Below are positions 17,687 to 26,093 of a stretch of 64,000 nucleotides of DNA, piece after piece. The stretch is from Patescibacteria group bacterium (GTDB taxonomy: Bacteria; Patescibacteriota; Minisyncoccia; Phycocordibacterales; SBAW01): positions 4,736 through 68,735 of the forward strand of contig JAGWOD010000001.1 of assembly GCA_028871115.1 (NCBI GenBank), read 5' to 3'. A program made the translations under genes and the position numbers. Positions within the stretch are counted from its first letter, which is position 1, and every line of letters starts with the position of its first letter. The notes under the pieces are model-generated. The model saw only the letters and a program-made list of their open reading frames with translations, ran no database searches and had not been told where the DNA came from.

Positions 17687-18934
17687 TTATCCTAAACGCC
17701 TTGTTGCTTCTTCGCTTAGTCGCGAGAGTATCTCTTGTATGGGCAGTGCTCCAATTTTACCCTTGTCGCGACTCTCGAGAGTCGCTGTTTCGTTTTGCAT
17801 TTCTTCATCTCCGACGACAAGTAAATAGGGGATTCTGGTCGTTTTTGCTTCACGGATCTTTTTGCCAAGCGTCTCGTCGCTTTCATCGACCTGTGCTCGC
17901 AATCCCGCTCCCTCGAGCGCTCCTAAAACCTCACGAGCAAATTGCTTATGCTTTTCACCAATTGGCAAGACGCGCACCTGAACGGGCGAGAGCCAGAGGG
18001 GGAGATTGCCTGCTAGGTGCTCAAGTAGAACAGCAGTGCATCGCTCGAGAGAACCTGTTATTGCGCTGTGAATCATCACAATACGCTCTTTCTCGCCTTT
18101 TTCATTGATACACGTGAGATCGAAGCGTTCAGGAATATTGAAATCGAGTTGAATAGTCGCCACCTGATGGTTCCGACCGATTGAGTCGGTAGCCATGAAA
18201 TCGAGTTTGGGACCATAGAGAGCCGCTTCTCCTGGCGCTTCGAAGTAGTCGGCTTTTCTCGTCTGTGCAATCTCGCGTAGTGCATTCTCAGCATTGTTCC
18301 AAATAGCCGCTGTTCCAAGATATTTTTCAGGATGGGCAGGATCGTGGAAGGAAAGGCGAGCACGCAATTTAAAACCAAAGGTACTCCAGAATGTGTCGAC
18401 GATATCCCAAATACGAAGAAATTCCTCGCGAACCTGTGTTTGTCTGCAGAAAACATGGCTATCATCCTGGGTAATCGAGAGTACTCGGGTGAGACCACCG
18501 AGTTCGCCCGATTGTTCGTCGCGATAGACCATTGTTGTCTCCGCGTAGCGCTGCGGCATCTCGCGGTAGGAATGAGGGCGACGATCGAATATTTGAGTAT
18601 GGTGAGGACAGTTCATGGGTTTGAGAGCATACTCTCGCCCTTCACGCGATGTAATACGGAAGAGATCTTCGCCGAATTTTTCCCAGTGTCCGGAGCGTTC
18701 GTAGAGCTCCCGCTTGGTGATGTGGGGGATCGTCACGCGTTGATAGCCATGTCGAGACCGTAATTCCCAGACGTATCGATCGAGTTCTTGGCGCAGTATT
18801 GTTCCGCGCGGGGTCCACAGAGGTAACCCAGAACCTACAAGTTCGGAAAAGGTAAAGAGATCAAGTTCGCGTCCGATAGTGCGATGATCGCGCTCATCCG
18901 CTCCTTCCTGACTTTGGGGCGTTTTTTGTACCAT
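17687..18934 (-). CDS. thrS: Threonine--tRNA ligase, catalytic plus anticodon-binding domains only (no N-terminal TGS/editing domains)
   Basis: ALKPMNCPHHTQIF class II motif and ThrRS-type catalytic core. At 415 aa it is well short of the ~640 aa of canonical bacterial ThrRS. Confidence 0.85.
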   Translation of the reverse strand: MVQKTPQSQEGADERDHRTIGRELDLFTFSELVGSGLPLWTPRGTILRQELDRYVWELRSRHGYQRVTIPHITKRELYERSGHWEKFGEDLFRITSREGREYALKPMNCPHHTQIFDRRPHSYREMPQRYAETTMVYRDEQSGELGGLTRVLSITQDDSHVFCRQTQVREEFLRIWDIVDTFWSTFGFKLRARLSFHDPAHPEKYLGTAAIWNNAENALREIAQTRKADYFEAPGEAALYGPKLDFMATDSIGRNHQVATIQLDFNIPERFDLTCINEKGEKERIVMIHSAITGSLERCTAVLLEHLAGNLPLWLSPVQVRVLPIGEKHKQFAREVLGALEGAGLRAQVDESDETLGKKIREAKTTRIPYLLVVGDEEMQNETATLESRDKGKIGALPIQEILSRLSEEATRRLG

Positions 18935-19005
18935 GGATTGTATAGTATCGGATTTTATCTCTTAGCAAAAGAAACACCCGCGCAGCATAGCCACGCGGGT
19001 GTGTG

Positions 19006-19386
19006 TTACGGAGCCGGATGTCCCCATCCACATGAGGGACGTACTCGCCGGGAGCTTCGTCGCGAATGGAATTTTTGCTTCGGACTCGGAACTCCGGACG
19101 TTCTGTCCCTCGGTTTGAGCAACCAGATAAGGGTCAATGCGGCGTCCTTGTGTTCGGCCGCCATCATCGTTTGACCCCTGCCGAAAGCGATGAGTGAAGC
19201 CCGCACTGCCTCGAGCGCTGGCCCAGAATGCCCCTCCCTTGCGAGCAGACTCTCGTACTGCTGGGCTACATTCTCGGGGTTATTATCGAGCACCCGCAGT
19301 AGTGAGCGGACTGCACTTCGCTCATCATGGCCAGGAAATCGATTTTTAAGCGCTGTCGCAGCCCTACGGAAGACCTTTAGCGTCAT
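19006..19386 (-). CDS. Hypothetical small protein (helical N-terminal half, low-complexity R/S/P-rich tail)
   Basis: ORF between dnaE and thrS on the same strand. AAGGGGG lies 9 nt upstream of the ATG. No family recognised and local GC is elevated. Confidence 0.3.
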   Translation of the reverse strand: MTLKVFRRAATALKNRFPGHDERSAVRSLLRVLDNNPENVAQQYESLLAREGHSGPALEAVRASLIAFGRGQTMMAAEHKDAALTLIWLLKPRDRTSGVPSPKQKFHSRRSSRRVRPSCGWGHPAP

Positions 19387-19480
19387 GAAACCAAGCCCCC
19401 TTAGTATTGTTGTGAAAGCAAGAAGAAACTGCTATTTCCGATAGTAATAACCGCTCAGTCTGCTGTCAATGAGATCTACA

Positions 19481-22400
19481 TTACAATGCCTTGAGTGCTT
19501 CTGCCACGAGGGAGAGTTCACCGTTTCGATTTGAGAGACGACCTTTGAGCGCGATACAGGAATCTGGCTTAAGAAGTGCACGGTATTCAGTGAAGGATTT
19601 TGGGAATACCACTGCCTCTATTGAGCCGTTAAAATCGGCTATCTTTATAAACGCCATTTGATCGCCGGCCTTGGTAAGTACGGTACGCATTTCCTCGATG
19701 ATTCCGCCGGTAACTGCGCTCATGCCGGGCTGGAGTTTCTCACGCAGTTCCTCGATAGTCATGGAACGCTTTGCGAGTTTTTCGCGCACCCGCTCAAGCG
19801 GGTGCCCCGAGACATACAAACCAAGGAGTTCCTTCTCCCATTGCAATTTCTCCTCGAGAGGTGCGGGCGGGGAGGGGAAAAGAGCAAGGTCATTGATTTC
19901 TCCTAAGCCCGCGAAAAGCGACTGTTGGGAACTTTCTCCTGCAGAACGATGATATTCGAGAATGCGTTCAATATTGGCCAACAAATTACCACGTTCACCA
20001 AAGCTATCGAGCGCGCCACACTGGATAAGTGCCTCCAGAGCTTTTTTATTGAGCGCTTGCTCTTGTACGCGCCGCAAAAAATCAGAAAGAGAAACAAAAC
20101 GGCCGTGAAGTTTTCGTTCGGTAATAATCGCTCCAGCGACTCCCTGGCCAAAATTCTTTATTGAATAAAGACCGAAACGAATTGCATCTCGGTTCGTTCC
20201 CGAAGCCAGTCGTGCCGCTTTCTCTGTTTTCTCTTCGCTCGCGCCAAGCACCACGGTGAAGTCCCCGAAACTTTCATTGATATCGGGAGGCAGGACTGGG
20301 ATGCCCATGCGCTTGCATTCAGTGACCATAATGCCTGTCGTATCAACATCGCCTGCTTCCGCCGTGAGGATAGCTGCCATGTACTCGATGGGATAGTTGG
20401 CTTTCATATACGCCGTTTGATAGGCAACCTTGCCGTAACTTGCTGCATGCGCTTTGTTGAATCCGTACGCAGCGAATGGTTCGATAAGCTTCCAGAGACG
20501 CTCGGCTCGTTGTTTGCCCATCCCATTTTGTATCGCGCCTGCGATAAGCTTTTCTTTCTGAGCCTCCATTTCAGCAGGTATCTTCTTGCCCATCGCCTTG
20601 CGTAGGGCATCAGCTTCAAGCCAGGAATATCCCGCAAGCCGCACTGCGATGAGGAGCACATCATCCTGATAGGTAATGACTCCGTAGGAGCGCTCAAGGA
20701 TGTCTTCCATGCGAGGATCGAGATAGGTAATGAGGGCAGGGTTATGTTTGCGCTCAATATACGCAGGGATCATTTCCATAGGGCCGGGGCGGAAGAGTGC
20801 GACCATGGCATTGATGTCGTGGATCGTAGTCGGCCGGAGCTCCTTGAGGAAGCGAGTCATACCTGACCCGTTGAGCTGGAAGGTCCCTTCAGTCTCTCCG
20901 TTGGCGAGCATCTCAAACGTTTTGCGGTCATTGAGGGGCACATTCTCTATGTCGATCTTAATGCCCCGTGTTTTCTCGACGAGCTTTACCGAACTGGCGA
21001 GTATAGAAAGGTTGCGGATGCCAAGGAAATCGAATTTCAGAAGACCCACGTCCTCGACCGAGTACATATCGTACTGAGTGATTATCTTGCCGCCCTTCGG
21101 ATCTTTTTGGAGCGGTGTGTAATGGACCAGAGTCTCTGGCGCGATGACAACGCCTGCCGCGTGCACGCTGATATGCCTTGCACACCCCTCGATTTTTCGG
21201 CCGAGGTCGATAATCTCCCGCGTCTCCTCTTCTTCTTTGTACATTTTTGCGAGTTCGGGATTTTCTTTGAGAGCTCGTTCGAGCGTCATGGGAAATCCTT
21301 GCGAACCGAAGGGCACCTCTTTTGCGATCCGATCGCCAAGTCCGTAGGCATAGCCAAGCGCGCGTGCCACATCCCGCACGACGCCCCGGGCGAGCATCGT
21401 TCCGAAAGTTCCTATCTGCGCCACATGCGTTTCTCCGTATTTTTTGCGCGCATATTCAATGACTTCGTCGCGTCGCGTATCGGCGAAGTCCATGTCGATA
21501 TCAGGAGCCTTCGGCCGCTCCGGGTTAAGGAAACGCTCGAACGGAAGCTGGTAGGTGATTGGATTAACGTTAGTGATGAAAGTGAGGTAGGAGATAAGAG
21601 AGCCGGCAGCGCTGCCGCGGGTTGTGGTGAGGATGCCGTGTTCGCGTGCAAAGGAAAGAAGATCCGCCACCACCAAGAAATAGGGTGCAAATCCTTTTTC
21701 CGCTATGATGCTGAACTCGTAGTCTACTCGCTTGCGCATCTCTAGCGTTGGCTCCATGCCCCGCAGGGAAAATCCTCTCTCGATGAGGGAGTGCAATTCT
21801 TTTTCGTAGGAGGAGCCTCCACTAAGAGGGAAGGCCGGAAATACCCATGATCCTAAGTCGAATTCGAGCGAACAACGCTCAGCGATTACGGATGCATTCT
21901 CAAGCGCCTCCGGAATATCTGCAAAAAGTTTCTCCATTTGTTCGGCACTCTGGAGAGAGAAATCCTCTTCATTGCCGCCGATATCTCCTTCTTCGGAAGG
22001 TCCCCGATTCTCTATAGCTCGCATCACAGTCCAGGCGCGACGATCATCGGGGGAGAGATAGAAGATTTCCTGGCCTGCAACGAGAGGTATATGTTCTCGA
22101 ATAGCTGACTCTCGAAGTGTTTCCATGGCGGCGTCGTGTCCATCGATTTCGGGATGAACTGAAACTTCAAGGTAGACGTTATCGTCCCCGAATATTGAGC
22201 GATATTCATCGACAACTTTCTTTATACGCTTGTTTTCGTTACTGCGGAGAATAGAAGTGATTTCTCCTCCGAGCGACGGGATGATGGAAATAAGTCCCTC
22301 AGCGTATTTCTTGAGTAACTCCCGCGAGACGACCGGAGAAGGGGAGTCGCTTAGATGAGATTCTGTGACAAGCGCGAGTAGATTTCGGTAGCCAGTTTCG

Positions 22401-22657
22401 TTTTGAGCAAGGAGGACAAGGCGGTGTTTATTCTCCCCGCTCTGCAGAGTCGCGTCGAGGCCGATAATAGCTTTGAGCCCCGCATGCTCGCATTCTTTAT
22501 AGAATTCGATAGCGCCATATAAATTATCTCTGTCAGTAAGCGCCAAACTTTTGCATCCGGCCGCTTTTGCCGCAGCCACGAGATCAGGAATTTTTGGCAG
22601 AGCCTGCAGAAGCGAGTAGTGGGAGTGGACGTGTAAGTGGGTAAAGCGGCCAGGCAT
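19481..22657 (-). CDS. dnaE: DNA polymerase III alpha subunit
   Basis: PHP domain N-terminus (HLHVHSHYSLL), polymerase core and a C-terminal OB fold. Confidence 0.9.
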   Translation of the reverse strand: MPGRFTHLHVHSHYSLLQALPKIPDLVAAAKAAGCKSLALTDRDNLYGAIEFYKECEHAGLKAIIGLDATLQSGENKHRLVLLAQNETGYRNLLALVTESHLSDSPSPVVSRELLKKYAEGLISIIPSLGGEITSILRSNENKRIKKVVDEYRSIFGDDNVYLEVSVHPEIDGHDAAMETLRESAIREHIPLVAGQEIFYLSPDDRRAWTVMRAIENRGPSEEGDIGGNEEDFSLQSAEQMEKLFADIPEALENASVIAERCSLEFDLGSWVFPAFPLSGGSSYEKELHSLIERGFSLRGMEPTLEMRKRVDYEFSIIAEKGFAPYFLVVADLLSFAREHGILTTTRGSAAGSLISYLTFITNVNPITYQLPFERFLNPERPKAPDIDMDFADTRRDEVIEYARKKYGETHVAQIGTFGTMLARGVVRDVARALGYAYGLGDRIAKEVPFGSQGFPMTLERALKENPELAKMYKEEEETREIIDLGRKIEGCARHISVHAAGVVIAPETLVHYTPLQKDPKGGKIITQYDMYSVEDVGLLKFDFLGIRNLSILASSVKLVEKTRGIKIDIENVPLNDRKTFEMLANGETEGTFQLNGSGMTRFLKELRPTTIHDINAMVALFRPGPMEMIPAYIERKHNPALITYLDPRMEDILERSYGVITYQDDVLLIAVRLAGYSWLEADALRKAMGKKIPAEMEAQKEKLIAGAIQNGMGKQRAERLWKLIEPFAAYGFNKAHAASYGKVAYQTAYMKANYPIEYMAAILTAEAGDVDTTGIMVTECKRMGIPVLPPDINESFGDFTVVLGASEEKTEKAARLASGTNRDAIRFGLYSIKNFGQGVAGAIITERKLHGRFVSLSDFLRRVQEQALNKKALEALIQCGALDSFGERGNLLANIERILEYHRSAGESSQQSLFAGLGEINDLALFPSPPAPLEEKLQWEKELLGLYVSGHPLERVREKLAKRSMTIEELREKLQPGMSAVTGGIIEEMRTVLTKAGDQMAFIKIADFNGSIEAVVFPKSFTEYRALLKPDSCIALKGRLSNRNGELSLVAEALKAL

Positions 22658-22763
22658 TACTCCAGTATATCTTCTCTCATTCTTTCCGCTTACATTGACC
22701 GCATTTTTTTCTTGTGCTTTCCTTTACACAGAAAGTTCAATAGCAATTCTACGGGAGGGTTTG

Positions 22764-23030
22764 ATGTGCGAATATTGTGGTACCCCCAACTCGCCAAATC
22801 CTCAGGTCAGAAAAAGCTTGATGCAAAGCTTCTCTCGCTTGATGACAGGCCAAGCTCGACGGCGTGCCCGCGGCCTTTCTGGGTTTCTGCGGCGCTTACT
22901 CGGATTTCTTCCGAAGTCAGGAGCGGAGCTTGAACAACGCCGCCAAGACCTTGCTCGGCAAAAGCTCAATCGTGAATTCAGAAGAAAAACACGCCCGCGC
23001 AATTTCGGTATTCCTTTACGGCTTCCCTGA
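22764..23030 (+). CDS. Putative small, highly basic protein (89 aa) with an N-terminal CEYCG motif
   Basis: GGGAGGG SD 4 nt before the ATG at 22764. The ORF ends in TGA at 23028-23030 and is followed 13 nt later by a terminator hairpin. It is Arg-rich. Confidence 0.3.
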   Translation: MCEYCGTPNSPNPQVRKSLMQSFSRLMTGQARRRARGLSGFLRRLLGFLPKSGAELEQRRQDLARQKLNREFRRKTRPRNFGIPLRLP

Positions 23031-23042
23031 GTCCTCTACACA

Positions 23043-23070
23043 GCTCCCCTTCGGGGGAGCTTTTGTTGTT
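23043..23070 (+). terminator. Rho-independent terminator
   Basis: GCTCCCC-TTCG-GGGGAGC followed by TTTTGTTGTT. Confidence 0.55.
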
Positions 23071-23083
23071 ATCATACATAGTA

Positions 23084-23680
23084 ATGGCAAGGATTCTTAT
23101 TGGTATAGATGAAGCCGGACGTGCTCCTCTTGCAGGACCTGTTTCAGTCGGCTTTGTAGCCGTTCCAGAAAAATTCGATGTTCTCAAAGAATTTCCCGGC
23201 GTGCGTGATTCAAAGAAGCTCTCGCCGGAGCGCCGCGAAGCACTCTATGAACTCCTGCTCACACGCGCCCACAATGGAGATGTTCGATTTTGTGTTCGAT
23301 TTTCGAGCCATAAATATATTGACCGCTTTGGTATCACCAAGGCTGTATATCGAGCCATAAAAAGCGGAGTTCAAGCCCTTGCGCCGCAACCTGAAGATAC
23401 CCACATACTTCTTGACGGTCTTTTACATGCGCCGAGGCAGTATTCTCAAGAGACCGTAATCCACGGAGATGATCTCATTCCTCTTATATCACTCGCATCA
23501 ATTGTAGCTAAGGTGCGTCGTGATCATCTTATGGAGCGTATGTCCCGATTATTCCCTGGGTATGGGTTTTCCAAACACAAAGGCTACCCAACTAAGGAGC
23601 ATTATAAAACTATCGAGCACAATGGTCTCTGCGATATTCATCGCCGAAGCTTTTGTTCAAAAGTAAAAGGTATTGTATAA
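23084..23680 (+). CDS. rnhB: Ribonuclease HII
   Basis: MARILIGIDEAGRAPLAGPV ... DSKKLS ... GSKHKGYPT motifs. The start is placed at the ATG at 23084, not the ORF-track start at 23063. Confidence 0.85.
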   Translation: MARILIGIDEAGRAPLAGPVSVGFVAVPEKFDVLKEFPGVRDSKKLSPERREALYELLLTRAHNGDVRFCVRFSSHKYIDRFGITKAVYRAIKSGVQALAPQPEDTHILLDGLLHAPRQYSQETVIHGDDLIPLISLASIVAKVRRDHLMERMSRLFPGYGFSKHKGYPTKEHYKTIEHNGLCDIHRRSFCSKVKGIV

Positions 23681-24112
23681 TTGAAGTGGAACTAAGTTCT
23701 CGGGCGACTTAAAGTTGCTCTCTCGACATCTTCCAACCCATGAACCCAGAAAGGGCGAATTGTGAACCTAGGAGACTCGAGGAAACAGCGGCAGCAGCCA
23801 TTCTCAGTGACGCGCCGTCTTAAAAAAATCAGAGCAAGAGAGGTGAGGATTCCTTGCGAAGGATGTCCTATGAGGCGTGGTAATGAACCATGGCTCGACC
23901 TCGAACATTGCTGTCTGGCTGAGCATGTACGTCTCGATCCTGATCATCTGATATGTATGATCAGTCTCCGATTGCAAGAGATTCGGAGCGGGCGACTGAA
24001 TCCTGGCCAGACTATGACGTTCGCTACATAACGTAAAGGAGGAAAGAGTAACAAGCGCCGGTTAAACAGCCGGCGCTTTGCATTTCAACACTTTTTTGCT
24101 ATAGTAGGCAAC

Positions 24113-24340
24113 ATGGTCGTACGGATGAGACATACACGCGCGCATACCGGCAACCGCCGGAGCCATCATGCGCTCGCAAACCCCACTCTCGTAAAATGCG
24201 AGTGCGGGGCAATGCGTCGCAAGCACGTGGCGTGTCCTCAATGCGGCCGCTATCGCGGACGGGTGGTAATTGATGTCGCGGCAAAGGCAGCGGCAAAACA
24301 AGCTCGCCAGAAAGCCCGCGAGGGAGCGGAACAAAAGTAG
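24113..24340 (+). CDS. rpmF: 50S ribosomal protein L32 (zinc-ribbon type)
   Basis: RRSHHALANP...CECG...CPQCGRYRGRVV. TTGCTATAGT lies 7 nt upstream of the start. Confidence 0.8.
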   Translation: MVVRMRHTRAHTGNRRSHHALANPTLVKCECGAMRRKHVACPQCGRYRGRVVIDVAAKAAAKQARQKAREGAEQK

Positions 24341-24437
24341 TTCCACCCCGCTAGGAGATAGGGAATTTTGCACTTGCTATACTTATAAGTGCGCAGTTTC
24401 CTGAAAGCTTAGGACCTTTCGCGCGTTCTTCTTACAT

Positions 24438-25352
24438 ATGGCAAACAGGCACCTCTCACGCTCAGTCGTACTCCAGGCCCTTTTCGAGTGGGATTTTAAG
24501 TCTCTCACTAAAGAACAGGCGCAGGCGTGTCTTTCTCGTATTACCTCTGAATTTGCCTCCGGTGCCGCAGATACGGCGTTTATGGAAGAGCTCCTTGGAG
24601 GTGTTCTTTCTCGTCGGGGTGATCTCGATCTCGTTATTGAAAAGGCTGCTCCTGAGTGGCCACTTGAGCGCATTTCTCCTGTTGATCGGAATATTCTTAG
24701 GCTCGGCCTCTACGAGCTTCTTTTTTCTGATCGAAACAAAGTACCTGCCAAAGTTGCCATCAATGAAGCGATAGAGCTCGGTAAAGCCTATGGAGGTGAA
24801 AATAGTGGCCGCTTCGTTAACGGTGTTCTTGGCGCGGTGTACAAGGAGCTCGGAGAGCCAGGTAAAGATGAGGTTGGCAAAAGGCGCAAAGACATTCCGT
24901 ACGACCAGATGCCGGTGGAGTATCTCGGCGGAGCGGTAGTCTTTGCGCACCACCAAGGTGATGTCTATCTCGCGCTGGTGCACGATATCTTTGGCCACTG
25001 GACGCTTTCCAAAGGACGCATTGAACAAGGAGAGAATCTCGAGGAGGGGACGATACGGGAGATTAAAGAGGAAATAGGACTTTCTATAAAGATACTTTCC
25101 TCACTCGGAGAAAATGAGTACGTAGCAAGTGATCCAAAAGCTGGGAAAAAACGCAAACACGTCGCGTATTTCCTCGCGGAATCGCCTTTTGTCGATGTAA
25201 AGCTCGAAGAAGAAAAGGGGGGCCTCGACGAAGCCCGCTGGTTTCGTCTCAAAGATGCCCTTGAACTTAATTTCTACGAGGACATCCTGCCTATTGTCAC
25301 GAAAGCAGTACAGAATCTTACCGAAGGTTCAAAGAAGAAACATAAGAAATAA
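24438..25352 (+). CDS. nusB: NusB (transcription antitermination factor) fused to a C-terminal Nudix hydrolase domain
   Basis: Residues 1 to ~140 are NusB (RSVVLQALFEWDF...AINEAIELGKAYGGENSGRFVNGVLGAVYKE). Residues ~165-304 carry a Nudix box (GHWTLSKGRIEQGENLEEGTIREIKEEIGL). Confidence 0.8.
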   Translation: MANRHLSRSVVLQALFEWDFKSLTKEQAQACLSRITSEFASGAADTAFMEELLGGVLSRRGDLDLVIEKAAPEWPLERISPVDRNILRLGLYELLFSDRNKVPAKVAINEAIELGKAYGGENSGRFVNGVLGAVYKELGEPGKDEVGKRRKDIPYDQMPVEYLGGAVVFAHHQGDVYLALVHDIFGHWTLSKGRIEQGENLEEGTIREIKEEIGLSIKILSSLGENEYVASDPKAGKKRKHVAYFLAESPFVDVKLEEEKGGLDEARWFRLKDALELNFYEDILPIVTKAVQNLTEGSKKKHKK

Positions 25353-25353
25353 A

Positions 25354-26052
25354 ATGAGTGAGAAAAATTTCAGCGAATTCGCTCAAAAACTCAACCTAGT
25401 ATTTAAAGACGAAAGTCTCCTGCGACTTGCGTTTACCCATCGTTCATACCTCAATGAGCATCGTGAAGAGGCTCATCGCGGCCACAATGAGCGGCTTGAA
25501 TTCTTGGGTGATGCGGTGCTCGAACTTACCTCAACGCGCTTTCTCTACGATCGGTTTCCAACCCATCAGGAAGGCGATCTTACTGCCTATCGAGCGGCGC
25601 TCGTGAACGCTAATACGCTTTCGGAAGTTGCGGCACGCATTGGTATGAACGATTACCTCCTTCTCTCCAAGGGTGAAGCAAAGGATCTAGGCCGCGCCCG
25701 CCAGATACTTCTTGCCAATGCTTTTGAAGCTCTTATCGGAGCGGTTTACCTTGATCAGGGATATGACGGAGCCGAGCACTTCCTCTCAAGGTATCTTTTC
25801 CCAAAGATAGATGAGATCGTCAAAAAACGTCTTTGGCAGGATGCAAAGTCTGCCTTCCAGGAAAAAGCTCAGGAGCACGAAGGAGAGACTCCTACCTACG
25901 CTGTACTACGCGAGGAGGGACCGGACCATGACAAACAATTTGTCATGGGAGTATATGTCAGAAACGTGCTTGTGGCTGAAGGAGAGGGTCGTAGTAAGCA
26001 GGAAGCGGAACAAGAGGCCGCACGAGCGGGTCTTGAACGTAAAGGTTGGTAG
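25354..26052 (+). CDS. rnc: Ribonuclease III
   Basis: ERLEFLGDAVLEL signature plus a dsRBD. The ATG at 25354 sits 1 nt after the upstream stop, so the ORF-track extension from 25255 is rejected. Confidence 0.85.
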   Translation: MSEKNFSEFAQKLNLVFKDESLLRLAFTHRSYLNEHREEAHRGHNERLEFLGDAVLELTSTRFLYDRFPTHQEGDLTAYRAALVNANTLSEVAARIGMNDYLLLSKGEAKDLGRARQILLANAFEALIGAVYLDQGYDGAEHFLSRYLFPKIDEIVKKRLWQDAKSAFQEKAQEHEGETPTYAVLREEGPDHDKQFVMGVYVRNVLVAEGEGRSKQEAEQEAARAGLERKGW

Positions 26053-26093
26053 TTTCTCAATACCAGAGGCTTTTTCTTGTTACAATATCGGCA

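Noticed and set aside
22637-23112. Overlapping alternative-frame ORFs (22637-22933, 22864-23112) in the dnaE/rnhB spacer
   Set aside because: They lack start context and overlap each other. Only the frame with an SD plus ATG at 22764 and a terminator downstream was kept, and that with low confidence.
23681-24112. RNase P RNA, tmRNA or SRP RNA
   Set aside because: I looked for GGAAAGUCCGG / ACAGAAnCCGGCUUA (RNase P) and GGUUCGAnUCC…CCA (tmRNA). For SRP RNA I looked for GGAAGCAGCC, and only a loose match (GCAGCAGCCA) was present without the flanking helix 8 context.
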